Assembly: GCA_964472605.1 (NCBI GenBank)
Contig: CAYYLG010000001.1
Coordinates: 11,119 to 66,160 of the forward strand
Origin: an uncultured Candidatus Saccharibacteria bacterium
Lineage (GTDB): Bacteria; Patescibacteriota; Minisyncoccia; Phycocordibacterales; CAIZIN01
Direction: 5' to 3'
DNA: 55,042 nucleotides
Shown piece after piece: positions 44,476-53,369 of this stretch. The notes below the pieces were generated by a model. The model made no database searches and was not told the DNA's origin. It worked only from the letters and a program-made list of their open reading frames with translations. Numbering within the stretch: the first letter of the stretch is position 1; each line of letters starts with the position of its first letter. A program made the position numbers and the translations under genes.

Positions 44476-45301
44476 AATAAATGTATATTATAAAGAAGAA
44501 GACAAAAAAACAACTTGGTCAGATGTTAGAGGGAATAGGTATCTTGGATATTCCATTCACTACAAGTTATATAATCTTAAAACACATTGTAGAGCAAGAG
44601 ATAATAATATATTAATTACAACAGGAACTAATGATGAAAAATATTATATATTAAATCAGGTGTCTTGGAATAGTCTTGTAACTACATATGCTTGTCCAAC
44701 TTCTTATTCAAAAGGAAGTTTAGAAAATGTTTTCAAAAAACAATTAAGTCAAATTATTGAAACCTTCTATAATATAAAAGATAACTTTGTAAAAATAAGT
44801 TATCTAAGGAAAGAATACAAGATAAGAATATTTTGTGCAGGGTATCACTTTTATATAGAAAGACAAGGCAAAGAATACATTACTAGTTTCCCTGCTGCTT
44901 TTAACATAGAAACAAAAACATTTCAGAGATTATATTTAGCAAAATATTATGTACTAGCAGTTATTGTCGCTTTTTTAAAGCAAGAAAACTTGTTTAATAC
45001 AGAAGTTAAGTTTTCTTATAAAGAAGGTGATCTACCAGAAAGAAGCTCATATAATATTTCTAATCAAGTTATAGAAGAATTGTATCAAGAACAAATTCAA
45101 TTCAGGGGAATTAATAGAGAAGAATATTTAAAAACAATTGCAGAAGAACGTGCAAAATTAAAATATGAAGAAGAAAGAGAAAGACAAAGAGTTTTGTTTG
45201 AAGAAAAAAAGAAAAAAGAAGAATTAGAAAAGAAAAGAATTAAAATGCAAGAAAAATATAAGGATGTTGATGACTCTGACATTAGGTTTATTGAATTATG
45301 A
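44468..45301 (+). CDS. hypothetical protein (277 aa) with K/E-rich coiled region; C-terminal ...IRFIEL
   Basis: Start overlaps the upstream gene. Ends in the shared C-terminal tail. Confidence 0.6.
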   Translation: MPKINVYYKEEDKKTTWSDVRGNRYLGYSIHYKLYNLKTHCRARDNNILITTGTNDEKYYILNQVSWNSLVTTYACPTSYSKGSLENVFKKQLSQIIETFYNIKDNFVKISYLRKEYKIRIFCAGYHFYIERQGKEYITSFPAAFNIETKTFQRLYLAKYYVLAVIVAFLKQENLFNTEVKFSYKEGDLPERSSYNISNQVIEELYQEQIQFRGINREEYLKTIAEERAKLKYEEERERQRVLFEEKKKKEELEKKRIKMQEKYKDVDDSDIRFIEL

Positions 45302-45501
45302 TAATTAAGGATAGTGAGGTATTTAATGAATTTAGATTTCCAATAACTGAATTAAGAATTCGCATTCTTGATCCCACACCTCGGGTTGCTCATTTTTGGG
45401 TTCCAGCAAATCAGAATGAAAACTTTAATTTAAGAGAATTGGTGCCAAATCATTTAAAGAATCATTTTCCTACAATGAAATACAACAAAAATCAAGAATA
45501 A
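45298..45501 (+). CDS. hypothetical protein (67 aa)
   Basis: ATGA overlap with the upstream gene. Confidence 0.5.
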   Translation: MIIKDSEVFNEFRFPITELRIRILDPTPRVAHFWVPANQNENFNLRELVPNHLKNHFPTMKYNKNQE

Positions 45502-45516
45502 GGCCAATGCTTGATA
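45501..45516 (+). promoter_or_regulatory. promoter motif (variant AGGCCAA-N3-TTGATA)
   Basis: AGGCCAA 45501-45507 and TTGATA 45511-45516. Confidence 0.35.
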
Positions 45517-45533
45517 ATCATCTTAATATATAA

Positions 45534-45564
45534 GATCCTGCATATTGCGGGGTCTTTTTATTTT
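45534..45564 (+). terminator. terminator-like hairpin just downstream of the promoter motif
   Basis: GATCCTGC-ATATT-GCGGGGTC (8 bp including two G.U pairs) followed by TTTTTATTTT. Confidence 0.5.
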
Positions 45565-45574
45565 GGAGGTAAAT

Positions 45575-46447
45575 ATGGCAAAAAGAAGAAATTTTCCTGT
45601 TGAATTTGAATGGGAAAACGAGCAAAGGACTGCTAAATTTACAGATATTGCAGTACAAAGATATGATATTGAAGAAAGATCAATAATGGGCGACTTCAGT
45701 TGGAATCCTAACATACCATGTTATTATATTTATACTAAAAAATTTAATATTCTTGCGCTTACTTATAGTAGATTTAAAACCCCAAGGGTTGTTCAGCATT
45801 CAATTGCAGGATTTGAAAATAGAGTTGGTAATGAACATATTTTTTTACTATTACAAAGCACTGAAAATGAATTGGAAAACAATAAGTATGTAGTTCATGA
45901 TATGTTGAATCCAAAATTATTTTTTGAAAAGAATGATTGGATATTTTCAACCAGATCTAAGTTTTTAATAAATATAGCACAAATACCGGATATAGGCTTT
46001 TCTTCTGTTGATTTTGATACTTGGAGAAAATCTGCATTATTAGATTTTTTAAATGGATATATACATCATAATAATAGGTATCTTGAGCATATCTTTAACA
46101 CAAGAAGAAATAGAACTAGAAATGAAATAGGAACCGTTAGATTATTACATAGAAAAGACGATGATACAGGATATGAGGGTCATGTCTTTGGTTATAAATA
46201 TTATGTTGGAAAAGCAAAAGAATCTTCTGATGCTAGAAGACAATGCCAAGGCTTCTGTTCTTCTTTGGGAATAGAAACCAATCTATTTCATAATTATGCT
46301 GCTGCCGCTATCTCTCTTGAAGAAAAACTGGCCGAATATTGGGCAGAGAACTACAAGAGATTTAGAGTATATTATAGAGACCGGGATATCTTGCGTCCTA
46401 GACTAAAAACAATTCCAGTAAATAGATTAGATCAATTGGAGATTTAA
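45575..46447 (+). CDS. hypothetical protein (290 aa); C-terminal ...LDQLEI
   Basis: GGAGG lies upstream of ATG 45575. Ends in the shared C-terminal tail. Confidence 0.65.
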   Translation: MAKRRNFPVEFEWENEQRTAKFTDIAVQRYDIEERSIMGDFSWNPNIPCYYIYTKKFNILALTYSRFKTPRVVQHSIAGFENRVGNEHIFLLLQSTENELENNKYVVHDMLNPKLFFEKNDWIFSTRSKFLINIAQIPDIGFSSVDFDTWRKSALLDFLNGYIHHNNRYLEHIFNTRRNRTRNEIGTVRLLHRKDDDTGYEGHVFGYKYYVGKAKESSDARRQCQGFCSSLGIETNLFHNYAAAAISLEEKLAEYWAENYKRFRVYYRDRDILRPRLKTIPVNRLDQLEI

Positions 46448-46975
46448 ATGTTTTGTAATTCATATAATTTTTTAGATATGCCTCACTTATTGAAGCGTCG
46501 TCCAATGATGAGACATGTAAGAGGACGTAGATTTGATGAAGTTATGTCAATACAGCAGGAAGAAAGAGAAATTATAAATCAATATAAAGAAAAACTAAAA
46601 AACTTTATTCCTCTTGAAGTTAAAACAGATGCAAGTTGGGGAAACATTCAAAGTAAATGGATGGAAGACCTAAGAAGGCGAGGCCGTGGTCCCAGAATTA
46701 ATCCAAGGGACATTACACGCATTAGACAAGAGCTAGATGCCTATGTGACACTTTATCAATCCAATAAGCTTCTTAAACTCTATATGCTTGCAGAGAAGAT
46801 AGAGAAGAGGCAGTTAGGGTCTTTAGCTCCCTCAGAGCCCTTAAAGCCCCCAAGACGTTCGAGAGGGCTTCAGAATACCCTTCCAAGCCCCAATCCCTTC
46901 GATTCTCAAATCATTTTCTATGAGGATTTTCAAGAGATGACACAATTCTCTCCACCGCCTCCACAGAATTTATGA
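46448..46975 (+). CDS. hypothetical protein with basic middle and Pro-rich C-terminus (175 aa)
   Basis: TAAATG junction with the upstream gene. The 3' half is locally GC-richer. Confidence 0.6.
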   Translation: MFCNSYNFLDMPHLLKRRPMMRHVRGRRFDEVMSIQQEEREIINQYKEKLKNFIPLEVKTDASWGNIQSKWMEDLRRRGRGPRINPRDITRIRQELDAYVTLYQSNKLLKLYMLAEKIEKRQLGSLAPSEPLKPPRRSRGLQNTLPSPNPFDSQIIFYEDFQEMTQFSPPPPQNL

Positions 46976-46996
46976 GGAGATATTGGGAGAAGATAA

Positions 46997-47344
46997 ATGC
47001 ATTCTTTTGATTTTCCAAATCCTAAAAATCATGCTTTCTTCTACTTTGAAGAAATACCAATATACTATGATGAATATCAAGATGATGAGCCTGATGATCC
47101 TTTGGATTTTTTAGTTCATGAAATATTTGATTATAAGTTTTCCATTAGAAAATATGAACAGAAATTATTTTTAGATGATTCTATGGTTAATGGAAAATTA
47201 GTAGAATACTTTGATTGGGCAAGAGAAAAATATCAAGAAATAGTAGATTCAAAACAATATAGTTATGCTCTACATGCAGCAGAACTATTGTTTGACTATA
47301 TCCCAAGTAGTTTTTGGCTTAAAGAAATTGATAAATATAAGTAA
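46997..47344 (+). CDS. WxFP-family member
   Basis: GGGAGAAG lies upstream of the ATG. N-terminus MHSFDFPNPKNH. Confidence 0.65.
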   Translation: MHSFDFPNPKNHAFFYFEEIPIYYDEYQDDEPDDPLDFLVHEIFDYKFSIRKYEQKLFLDDSMVNGKLVEYFDWAREKYQEIVDSKQYSYALHAAELLFDYIPSSFWLKEIDKYK

Positions 47345-47597
47345 ACAATTTGATTTTCCTGATCCTGAAGCTTTAGAAGTAGAAGCTGATGGCGAAATAA
47401 AAAGGGTTTTTGAAGATGGTAGTATTGTTTGGACAAAAGATGGACATAGACATCGAGGATTTGATTTGCCCGCATTTATTTCAAGTGATGGAAGTAAATA
47501 TTGGTATAAAAATGGATGTATAAGTAGAGATTGTGGACCGGCTGTTATTCTTTTTACTGGAGAACAAATTTTTTATAAAAACGGAAAGATAATATAA
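47328..47597 (+). CDS. WxFP-family member with NG..HR..GPA (MORN-like) repeats
   Basis: KQFDFPDPEAL. There is no nearby ATG, so a TTG 47328 start is assumed. Contains WTKDGHRHRG...WYKNGCISRDCGPA...FYKNGKI. Confidence 0.45.
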   Translation: MINISKQFDFPDPEALEVEADGEIKRVFEDGSIVWTKDGHRHRGFDLPAFISSDGSKYWYKNGCISRDCGPAVILFTGEQIFYKNGKII

Positions 47598-47752
47598 TGA
47601 TTATAAAAGAAGAAGATTTAATTTCATATTTTAAATATCCCGAAAATTGCAATAGTAATCTGTTCATTAAGATTTCTAATTTATCACAAAAGGATAGAGA
47701 AAAGTTGCAAAGTTATTGGAATAATTTATGGGGAAATTTTTTTAATGTCTGA
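47597..47752 (+). CDS. small ORF, weak family member (51 aa)
   Basis: TAATG overlap with the upstream gene. Contains SYFKYPENCN. Below the track length cutoff. Confidence 0.4.
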   Translation: MIIKEEDLISYFKYPENCNSNLFIKISNLSQKDREKLQSYWNNLWGNFFNV

Positions 47753-48020
47753 GAATATAAATAATTTTGAATTCCCCAATAGAGCTAATTTTACTACTGA
47801 TATTGATGAGATTGATGTTATGAAATTAATGAATGCTTGGCGAAGAGGAGAAGTCCCAACAGAAACCGTTAAGCTTTGGATTGGTGTATCAAATGAAGAA
47901 GAGTCCAGGCAACTTGAAAGAGAAATAGAAGATGATTATAATCAAGGTTTAATTATTAATTATAGATTAAAAGAAAATTCTCATAGAGATATAAATCTTA
48001 GGTTTTTAGAAGATGAATAA
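47745..48020 (+). CDS. WxFP-family member (subfamily B)
   Basis: NNFEFPNRANF. Confidence 0.6.
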   Translation: MSENINNFEFPNRANFTTDIDEIDVMKLMNAWRRGEVPTETVKLWIGVSNEEESRQLEREIEDDYNQGLIINYRLKENSHRDINLRFLEDE

Positions 48021-48468
48021 GTTTGAATTTCCAAATATATATAATTTTCTTCCTGAAGAATTTGGTTTTCTTAACTATAGATTTATGCTTTCTGAAAATC
48101 TAGAAACAAATGAAGAAAAGATAAATAGGATTAGAGAAATTTTAGATAGACATTGTTTGGATTTAAGGAGAGTACTTAAAGAACATATAAATCTTAATCT
48201 TGAAGAAAAGATACAATGGATTGAAGAAGCATATTATACTGCCGAGATAGGTTATCTTTTAAGCGGAGATCCAAAATATTATAAAAAATCAAAATACTTT
48301 GAGTTACTACTTAAAGTATATAAAAATCCAGAAATGAAAAAAATGGAATTAAGAACAAGGCTAGAAGCTAAAAGACAAAAATCTATTGACAGAAAAACAG
48401 TTCAACAAATTATATCTAATGGGGATAGTTATTTATTAAATGATAATGAACGAATGGGATTTTCCTGA
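48013..48468 (+). CDS. WxFP-family member (subfamily A)
   Basis: MNKFEFPNIYNF. Confidence 0.6.
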   Translation: MNKFEFPNIYNFLPEEFGFLNYRFMLSENLETNEEKINRIREILDRHCLDLRRVLKEHINLNLEEKIQWIEEAYYTAEIGYLLSGDPKYYKKSKYFELLLKVYKNPEMKKMELRTRLEAKRQKSIDRKTVQQIISNGDSYLLNDNERMGFS

Positions 48469-48709
48469 TGCAGAAAATTATTTACATAAAGTTGAACATT
48501 TGATGGGCACTCAATACCAAGACTCAGATTGGATTGAGGGAGTTAGAATTGTTCTAAATAGAAATAAAAAACATAAATCAAAAGAAGAACATCAAGAGTT
48601 TGTTAAAAAAGTACTTATTATAGTTAATAAAGCATATGATAATACAGGAGCAAAAAGATATAGAGATTTTATTAGAGAAATAGAAAATGCATATAATATC
48701 AAAGTTTAA
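48440..48709 (+). CDS. WxFP-family member (subfamily A)
   Basis: MIMNEWDFPDAENY and an internal AYDNTG motif. Confidence 0.6.
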   Translation: MIMNEWDFPDAENYLHKVEHLMGTQYQDSDWIEGVRIVLNRNKKHKSKEEHQEFVKKVLIIVNKAYDNTGAKRYRDFIREIENAYNIKV

Positions 48710-48989
48710 CTTTCCAGATCCACATGACTTTTTACCTGATCATCTTTTTATAAAAGATAAAGATGATATTTTAGTTTCACCATTTGAAGAAAGATGGTGT
48801 AATGTTATGAACTGGGCATTAAAAGTAGAGCCTAAAACCGAAATAAAATATAAATACATAAAAATTCTAAAAGAAGCTTTTGAAATCACAGAATGTGATC
48901 ATATAAGAAATTTCTTATTAAGAAGAGATATAGAATTGCTTGTAGGTAGATTTAAATATTTTGAAGAGTATGGCCCTTATGTTAGATAA
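48687..48989 (+). CDS. WxFP-family member (subfamily A)
   Basis: SKFNFPDPHDF. Confidence 0.6.
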   Translation: MHIISKFNFPDPHDFLPDHLFIKDKDDILVSPFEERWCNVMNWALKVEPKTEIKYKYIKILKEAFEITECDHIRNFLLRRDIELLVGRFKYFEEYGPYVR

Positions 48990-49254
48990 AATAAAAATAG
49001 ATGAGAGCCTTCGATTTCCTGATCCAAAAAACTTTCATTTGGAAGCTTCTACATTTGGGGGTGTAAATTATTTGAATCCAAAATGGGCGGACAAAGCTTT
49101 TCAGTATTTCAAAGAATCTCTCCCAAAAACAAATATGGCTATACTTTTAAAAAGTAATATTTTGAGAGAACTTACTATAGCATATGACAATACTGGTGAT
49201 TTAAAATTAAAAAAAATAATAAAAGAAGTTGAAAATACCAGTGTAGTAATTTAA
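48979..49254 (+). CDS. WxFP-family member (subfamily A)
   Basis: ESLRFPDPKNF and AYDNTG. The start is uncertain; the ORF opens at 48961. Confidence 0.5.
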   Translation: MLDKIKIDESLRFPDPKNFHLEASTFGGVNYLNPKWADKAFQYFKESLPKTNMAILLKSNILRELTIAYDNTGDLKLKKIIKEVENTSVVI

Positions 49255-49264
49255 GGAAAGCAAA

Positions 49265-49858
49265 ATGAAAAACAAATCAAAAAATCTTCTGATTCTAGAA
49301 AATGGTTTTGAAATTCCATATTTCAAAAATCATTATACTTACCCAGCAACAAAGGGTAATAATTGTGAAAAATATATTAAAGAAATATCTAACTTTTCAA
49401 ATGATAGTTTAGAAAAACTTACAAAAGAAAATGTAGAGGAAGCTCAAGAAATAATTACTAAAGCAGAAGAAGCTTTACAAAATTGGAAAGAATTCGAAGA
49501 CTTTGAAAGTAATGAAATTATAGAAGTTAGAGATCTGGAAAAAGAACTTGAAAAATTAGAACATATGACTGTCTTTGATTTACATTTTCAATTATCAAGA
49601 AGCTATAAACAAGTTAGTCGTGTTTTCGATTTGTTTGATGATTTGTTTATAGTGTGCCATACTCATAAAGAATTATTAGATTGTTTTAAAAAAATAGAAA
49701 ATCTTTATAAAGTTTTAAATCAAAAATTAGAAAATGGTTTGGGTAAAAATGTAGGAAATTTAATCGTAAAAAGAAAAGAGGACACAGTTAGAAATACAGG
49801 AGAAACTAATGAATGTACAGGACAATCAACGAGTGTGGGAGAATATCAAACCACATAG
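49265..49858 (+). CDS. WxFP-family member (longer, 197 aa)
   Basis: NGFEIPYFKNH. AAGGAAAG lies upstream of the ATG. Confidence 0.6.
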   Translation: MKNKSKNLLILENGFEIPYFKNHYTYPATKGNNCEKYIKEISNFSNDSLEKLTKENVEEAQEIITKAEEALQNWKEFEDFESNEIIEVRDLEKELEKLEHMTVFDLHFQLSRSYKQVSRVFDLFDDLFIVCHTHKELLDCFKKIENLYKVLNQKLENGLGKNVGNLIVKRKEDTVRNTGETNECTGQSTSVGEYQTT

Positions 49859-49862
49859 AATT

Positions 49863-50156
49863 ATGCTAAACCATTGCTGGGATACTCCAGACCCCTATAA
49901 TTTTTTAGATTCTGAATGGATGTTTAATAGTACAATTGGCATAGATGTTAATGGAGAAAATTTTCATATTCCACTTTATACAACAGAATCACAGACAACA
50001 ACGCCTTCAAGGTGGACAAATGAACCAGTATGGCTAGAAGAAAGACCAGAAATATTATTACCAAGATTTGATTTTGGCCCTTACAATATAAGGGTAAGTA
50101 GTCCTGTAATTGATACAAGATTGACATATGGGATTATAACTTCTGTAGAGGCATAA
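49863..50156 (+). CDS. WxFP-family member
   Basis: MLNHCWDTPDPYNF. ATG 49863 was chosen because it does not overlap the upstream gene. Confidence 0.55.
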   Translation: MLNHCWDTPDPYNFLDSEWMFNSTIGIDVNGENFHIPLYTTESQTTTPSRWTNEPVWLEERPEILLPRFDFGPYNIRVSSPVIDTRLTYGIITSVEA

Positions 50157-50158
50157 AC

Positions 50159-50488
50159 ATGGAATGGGATTTTCCAAATTATGAAAATTATCTGTATCCT
50201 GTTGAATATTGTATATTTAAAACAACTTTGTTTGCAAATACAAGAGAACTAATATTTGATACAGATCATTTTACTAATACAGAAATGTGGATTAAAAGAG
50301 TTAGAATTATGCTACATCAAGATAACTCACACTTGAAGGGCTTTGATAAATTAAAAAGAATTGAAGAACTTAAAAAAATAAAGACAGACTGTACAAATGC
50401 TTTTGAAAACACAAATAATATTAAAATAAAACCTCTTTTAGCAGAGATAGACAGTCAAATGGAAATACTTTATAAGAGCGATAAATGA
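50159..50488 (+). CDS. WxFP-family member (subfamily A)
   Basis: MEWDFPNYENY and an AFENTN motif. Confidence 0.65.
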   Translation: MEWDFPNYENYLYPVEYCIFKTTLFANTRELIFDTDHFTNTEMWIKRVRIMLHQDNSHLKGFDKLKRIEELKKIKTDCTNAFENTNNIKIKPLLAEIDSQMEILYKSDK

Positions 50489-50703
50489 TGATTATATCAA
50501 TAGATAATTGGGCATACCCTTTTTTTAATAATTTTTGTGATTTAAAAGACATTAATTTAAATGAGGATATGTTTAATTTTATAGGAGAAAATTTAGTTTT
50601 AGTTAATAGCAAATACTGGCAAACACCAACAGAAGGAACTGAAGAGTGGAAAATTTTAAATGAATATTTTACGGAAAGAAATATTAGTTACATTTACGTC
50701 TGA
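50485..50703 (+). CDS. WxFP-family member
   Basis: IDNWAYPFFNNF, close to the partial last member IDNWTYPNFNNY. Confidence 0.55.
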   Translation: MMIISIDNWAYPFFNNFCDLKDINLNEDMFNFIGENLVLVNSKYWQTPTEGTEEWKILNEYFTERNISYIYV

Positions 50704-50878
50704 ATGGGAATATCCTAATTATAGGAATTTTCAAGAAAAAAAGTTAGGGATTGTTCCTTTAATTGAGATTGGAGAAGTAAATCTTCAGCCTTTACAAGCA
50801 AGTGCTATGAATTTAGTTAATTATTTGAGGTCAAGACATGGAATGGGAAATACCGAAGAAACAGAATCATTTACCTAA
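50660..50878 (+). CDS. WxFP-family member
   Basis: TSEWEYPNYRNF. The only ATG gives a 44-nt overlap with the upstream gene. Confidence 0.5.
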   Translation: MNILRKEILVTFTSEWEYPNYRNFQEKKLGIVPLIEIGEVNLQPLQASAMNLVNYLRSRHGMGNTEETESFT

Positions 50879-51464
50879 AGTTGAGCACGAACAGACTCTT
50901 ATTGACAATCCCGAATTGTGGGCCAAATCAATGAGAGATACTATTTTCGATATTAGACATGATTTTAAAAGACCAAAAGAAGATGAAAAGATTAATTGGA
51001 TTGCAACAAATATAAAAACAATTGTTGGAATACTTAATAGAATTAAACATGAATGTCAGAAAGCGTATGATGCTATTGGATACAAAGACATTCTTGAAAT
51101 CATAAAAGAATTAGACGAATTCCTAAAGAATCCACAAAACTTCCCTCTCGCAAATACAAATAAAAATAAAATGTATATTCCTGCATTTGAATATGGACTT
51201 TTAGGCCCGAATAATGAAAGAAAAAAGGGTGTAAAAATCCATATAAATGGTCCGTATTCTCAATCTATGGCCGATTTTATTGAAAATATCAGAAGCAACC
51301 CCGATTATTGGTGTGAATTCCATAACCTGGGATTTACTACATTAAAAAATAATGAAAATTATTATGCTTTTTATGACTGGATGCCACGAAAAGAATCAAT
51401 ACCAGCAAGAGAAATGCGAGAAAGAATAGAAGATTTACAGCGCAGAACAAATGGTGAAATTTAA
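50838..51464 (+). CDS. WxFP-family member (208 aa, subfamily A)
   Basis: MEWEIPKKQNH and an AYDAIG motif. Confidence 0.6.
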   Translation: MEWEIPKKQNHLPKVEHEQTLIDNPELWAKSMRDTIFDIRHDFKRPKEDEKINWIATNIKTIVGILNRIKHECQKAYDAIGYKDILEIIKELDEFLKNPQNFPLANTNKNKMYIPAFEYGLLGPNNERKKGVKIHINGPYSQSMADFIENIRSNPDYWCEFHNLGFTTLKNNENYYAFYDWMPRKESIPAREMRERIEDLQRRTNGEI

Positions 51465-51733
51465 TGGATAAAGAAACTAAAATTATATATAGCTTTGGAT
51501 TAATGATTTATCTTGAAGATATTCAAGATCCAATTTCTTTATCAGGACGAGTAAGCATAGATGAACATCTTAGTAATAGTGATAGAATTACTGATATAGA
51601 TAAATTTTATTCAAAGACATATACTGTTGGAGATATTGTAATTGTAGAAAATGCAAATGAAGTTAATAAATATTTTGCTCCAAGTCCCCTGTATATGATA
51701 AATAAATACCTTCATCAAGATGAAGACAACTAA
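51464..51733 (+). CDS. hypothetical small protein (no family motif)
   Basis: TAATG overlap with the upstream gene; 89 aa. Confidence 0.5.
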   Translation: MDKETKIIYSFGLMIYLEDIQDPISLSGRVSIDEHLSNSDRITDIDKFYSKTYTVGDIVIVENANEVNKYFAPSPLYMINKYLHQDEDN

Positions 51734-51953
51734 TTGGGATATCCCAGATAAAAAGAACTACTTTGAGTTCTTTAAAGAAGATAATATAGAATTACTTAAA
51801 AAATGGCGCAAGAAAGAAATTAGTTTAGAAAATTATCTTGACAGTATTCCAAAAGAATATTCCGAAGCTTTGATTAAATACTGTGAAGAAGAAAGAATTA
51901 ATTTAGTATTATACCTAGAGTCAGTATGCTGGGCACTATTTGAAGAAAATTAA
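51720..51953 (+). CDS. WxFP-family member (subfamily B)
   Basis: MKTTNWDIPDKKNYF and LENYLDSIPKE. Confidence 0.6.
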   Translation: MKTTNWDIPDKKNYFEFFKEDNIELLKKWRKKEISLENYLDSIPKEYSEALIKYCEEERINLVLYLESVCWALFEEN

Positions 51954-51964
51954 GGATAAATAAA

Positions 51965-52228
51965 ATGAAAATGTATATCATTGTAGATAATATTACCGGA
52001 CAAGCACTATCCAAATACTCTCCTCATTCAGAAGACCTCTGGGAATGGGATGGAGAATATATTGATGACTTTGGTGAGTATATGACTAATGTCGAAATTT
52101 TCGGCGCAGAAGAGGCAGATAAAGCAATTGAACACCTAATACAAGTCTTCGATCAAACAGATGGTCAAGATACCGACTTTGAGAAAGTAGAAGTTGAAAA
52201 AGCTAAAGTTTATAAATTGGCAGAATAA
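51965..52228 (+). CDS. acidic hypothetical small protein (no family motif)
   Basis: AAGGA lies upstream of the ATG; 87 aa. Confidence 0.5.
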   Translation: MKMYIIVDNITGQALSKYSPHSEDLWEWDGEYIDDFGEYMTNVEIFGAEEADKAIEHLIQVFDQTDGQDTDFEKVEVEKAKVYKLAE

Positions 52229-52458
52229 TGGAATTCGATTTCCCTAAACCAGAAAACCATACAGAATTCTTTCTTTTTAAAAGAAAGCATCACCCAATTC
52301 AATGTTATGAATTGGTTCTACATTCAAAGAAAGATTTAGAAGAATTGATACAAAAAGCTAAATTAAATAGTGAATGGTATGCGTATGTAGATACCCATGA
52401 AGAAATGATAAATTTTTTTGCAAAAGAAGTATGGAGAAATAAATATGCCATTAACTGA
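52228..52458 (+). CDS. WxFP-family member
   Basis: MEFDFPKPENH. Confidence 0.6.
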   Translation: MEFDFPKPENHTEFFLFKRKHHPIQCYELVLHSKKDLEELIQKAKLNSEWYAYVDTHEEMINFFAKEVWRNKYAIN

Positions 52459-52651
52459 AAAGGAAATAGAATTAACAGAAACACTCGGTAGTGTTTGGAA
52501 TGAGTTTCTTAAATTAGAACCAAAACATCCCCTAGATAATCATGAATTCGTTGATGCCATACACAAAGCACAACACCTAATCATGATTCGAGCGGCTAGA
52601 AGAGATCATCCAGATATCTTTTATACGGAAAAGAAAAATGAAAACAACTGA
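52445..52651 (+). CDS. hypothetical small protein (no family motif)
   Basis: GGAG lies upstream of ATG 52445. Confidence 0.45.
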   Translation: MPLTEKEIELTETLGSVWNEFLKLEPKHPLDNHEFVDAIHKAQHLIMIRAARRDHPDIFYTEKKNENN

Positions 52652-53075
52652 TTGGGACTTTCCAAACCCAAATCTACTAAGATCAACCAAAGTACCAAAG
52701 TTCTTTGATACCATACACACAGAACAACCAGAGAAATGGGCCTACCAATTTAAAGGTAGGCTCTATTTTAGTAGAGATACAGAAGCCACACTCTTTACAA
52801 GATTTGATGGCGAAAACTTCAGAGAAGAACAAGAAACTCAATTCAAATTCTATGGAGAAGTCCTCCTAGATCAACTACAAGAAGCCTATAATGATACCGG
52901 CTCGCTCGCAATTAAAAAAGTTATGCAAGATAAGTATTTTTTAGAATTTCTAGAAAAATTAAAAGATGAAAATACTAGAAACAAATTAGCAAAAAAAGCG
53001 CAAGAAGAACAAGAGAATAGGTTCTACTCACCAATAAACAAACCAATTGATTGGCAAATACCAAACGAGGAATAA
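52638..53075 (+). CDS. WxFP-family member (subfamily A); second motif copy at its C-terminus
   Basis: MKTTDWDFPNPN, an AYNDTG motif, and a C-terminal IDWQIPNEE. Confidence 0.6.
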   Translation: MKTTDWDFPNPNLLRSTKVPKFFDTIHTEQPEKWAYQFKGRLYFSRDTEATLFTRFDGENFREEQETQFKFYGEVLLDQLQEAYNDTGSLAIKKVMQDKYFLEFLEKLKDENTRNKLAKKAQEEQENRFYSPINKPIDWQIPNEE

Positions 53076-53078
53076 ATT

Positions 53079-53369
53079 ATGAATTGGCTACTACCTGAAA
53101 GCAAAAACTTTATCAACTCTCCAGAACAATATAGAAATCTACTTGAAGACTTTATGGATAGAAAAATCACAACAGAACAATATATGAATGCTATCCCACA
53201 AGAACAAAAAGATACCATCAATCAAATGGTAGAAGAAAAAGGACTTGAATTAGATCTTACTATTGCTACTATTCATTATGTCGTAACTAAGAATATTAAA
53301 AAATTAGATCAATTTTTGGCCGAAAAAGCTGTAGAGGATCTGGAAAATGAAGATTTGCAAGATTTGTGA
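53079..53369 (+). CDS. WxFP-family member (subfamily B)
   Basis: MNWLLPESKNF and EQYMNAIPQE. Confidence 0.55.
   Translation: MNWLLPESKNFINSPEQYRNLLEDFMDRKITTEQYMNAIPQEQKDTINQMVEEKGLELDLTIATIHYVVTKNIKKLDQFLAEKAVEDLENEDLQDL

Noticed and set aside
47265-47327. 5' extension of ORF 47265-47597 (MLYMQQNYCLTISQVVFGLKK...)
   Set aside because: It lies entirely inside the better-supported gene 46997-47344 in another frame. The family motif (KQFDFPDP) begins only at 47343, so a late, possibly non-ATG, start is more plausible.
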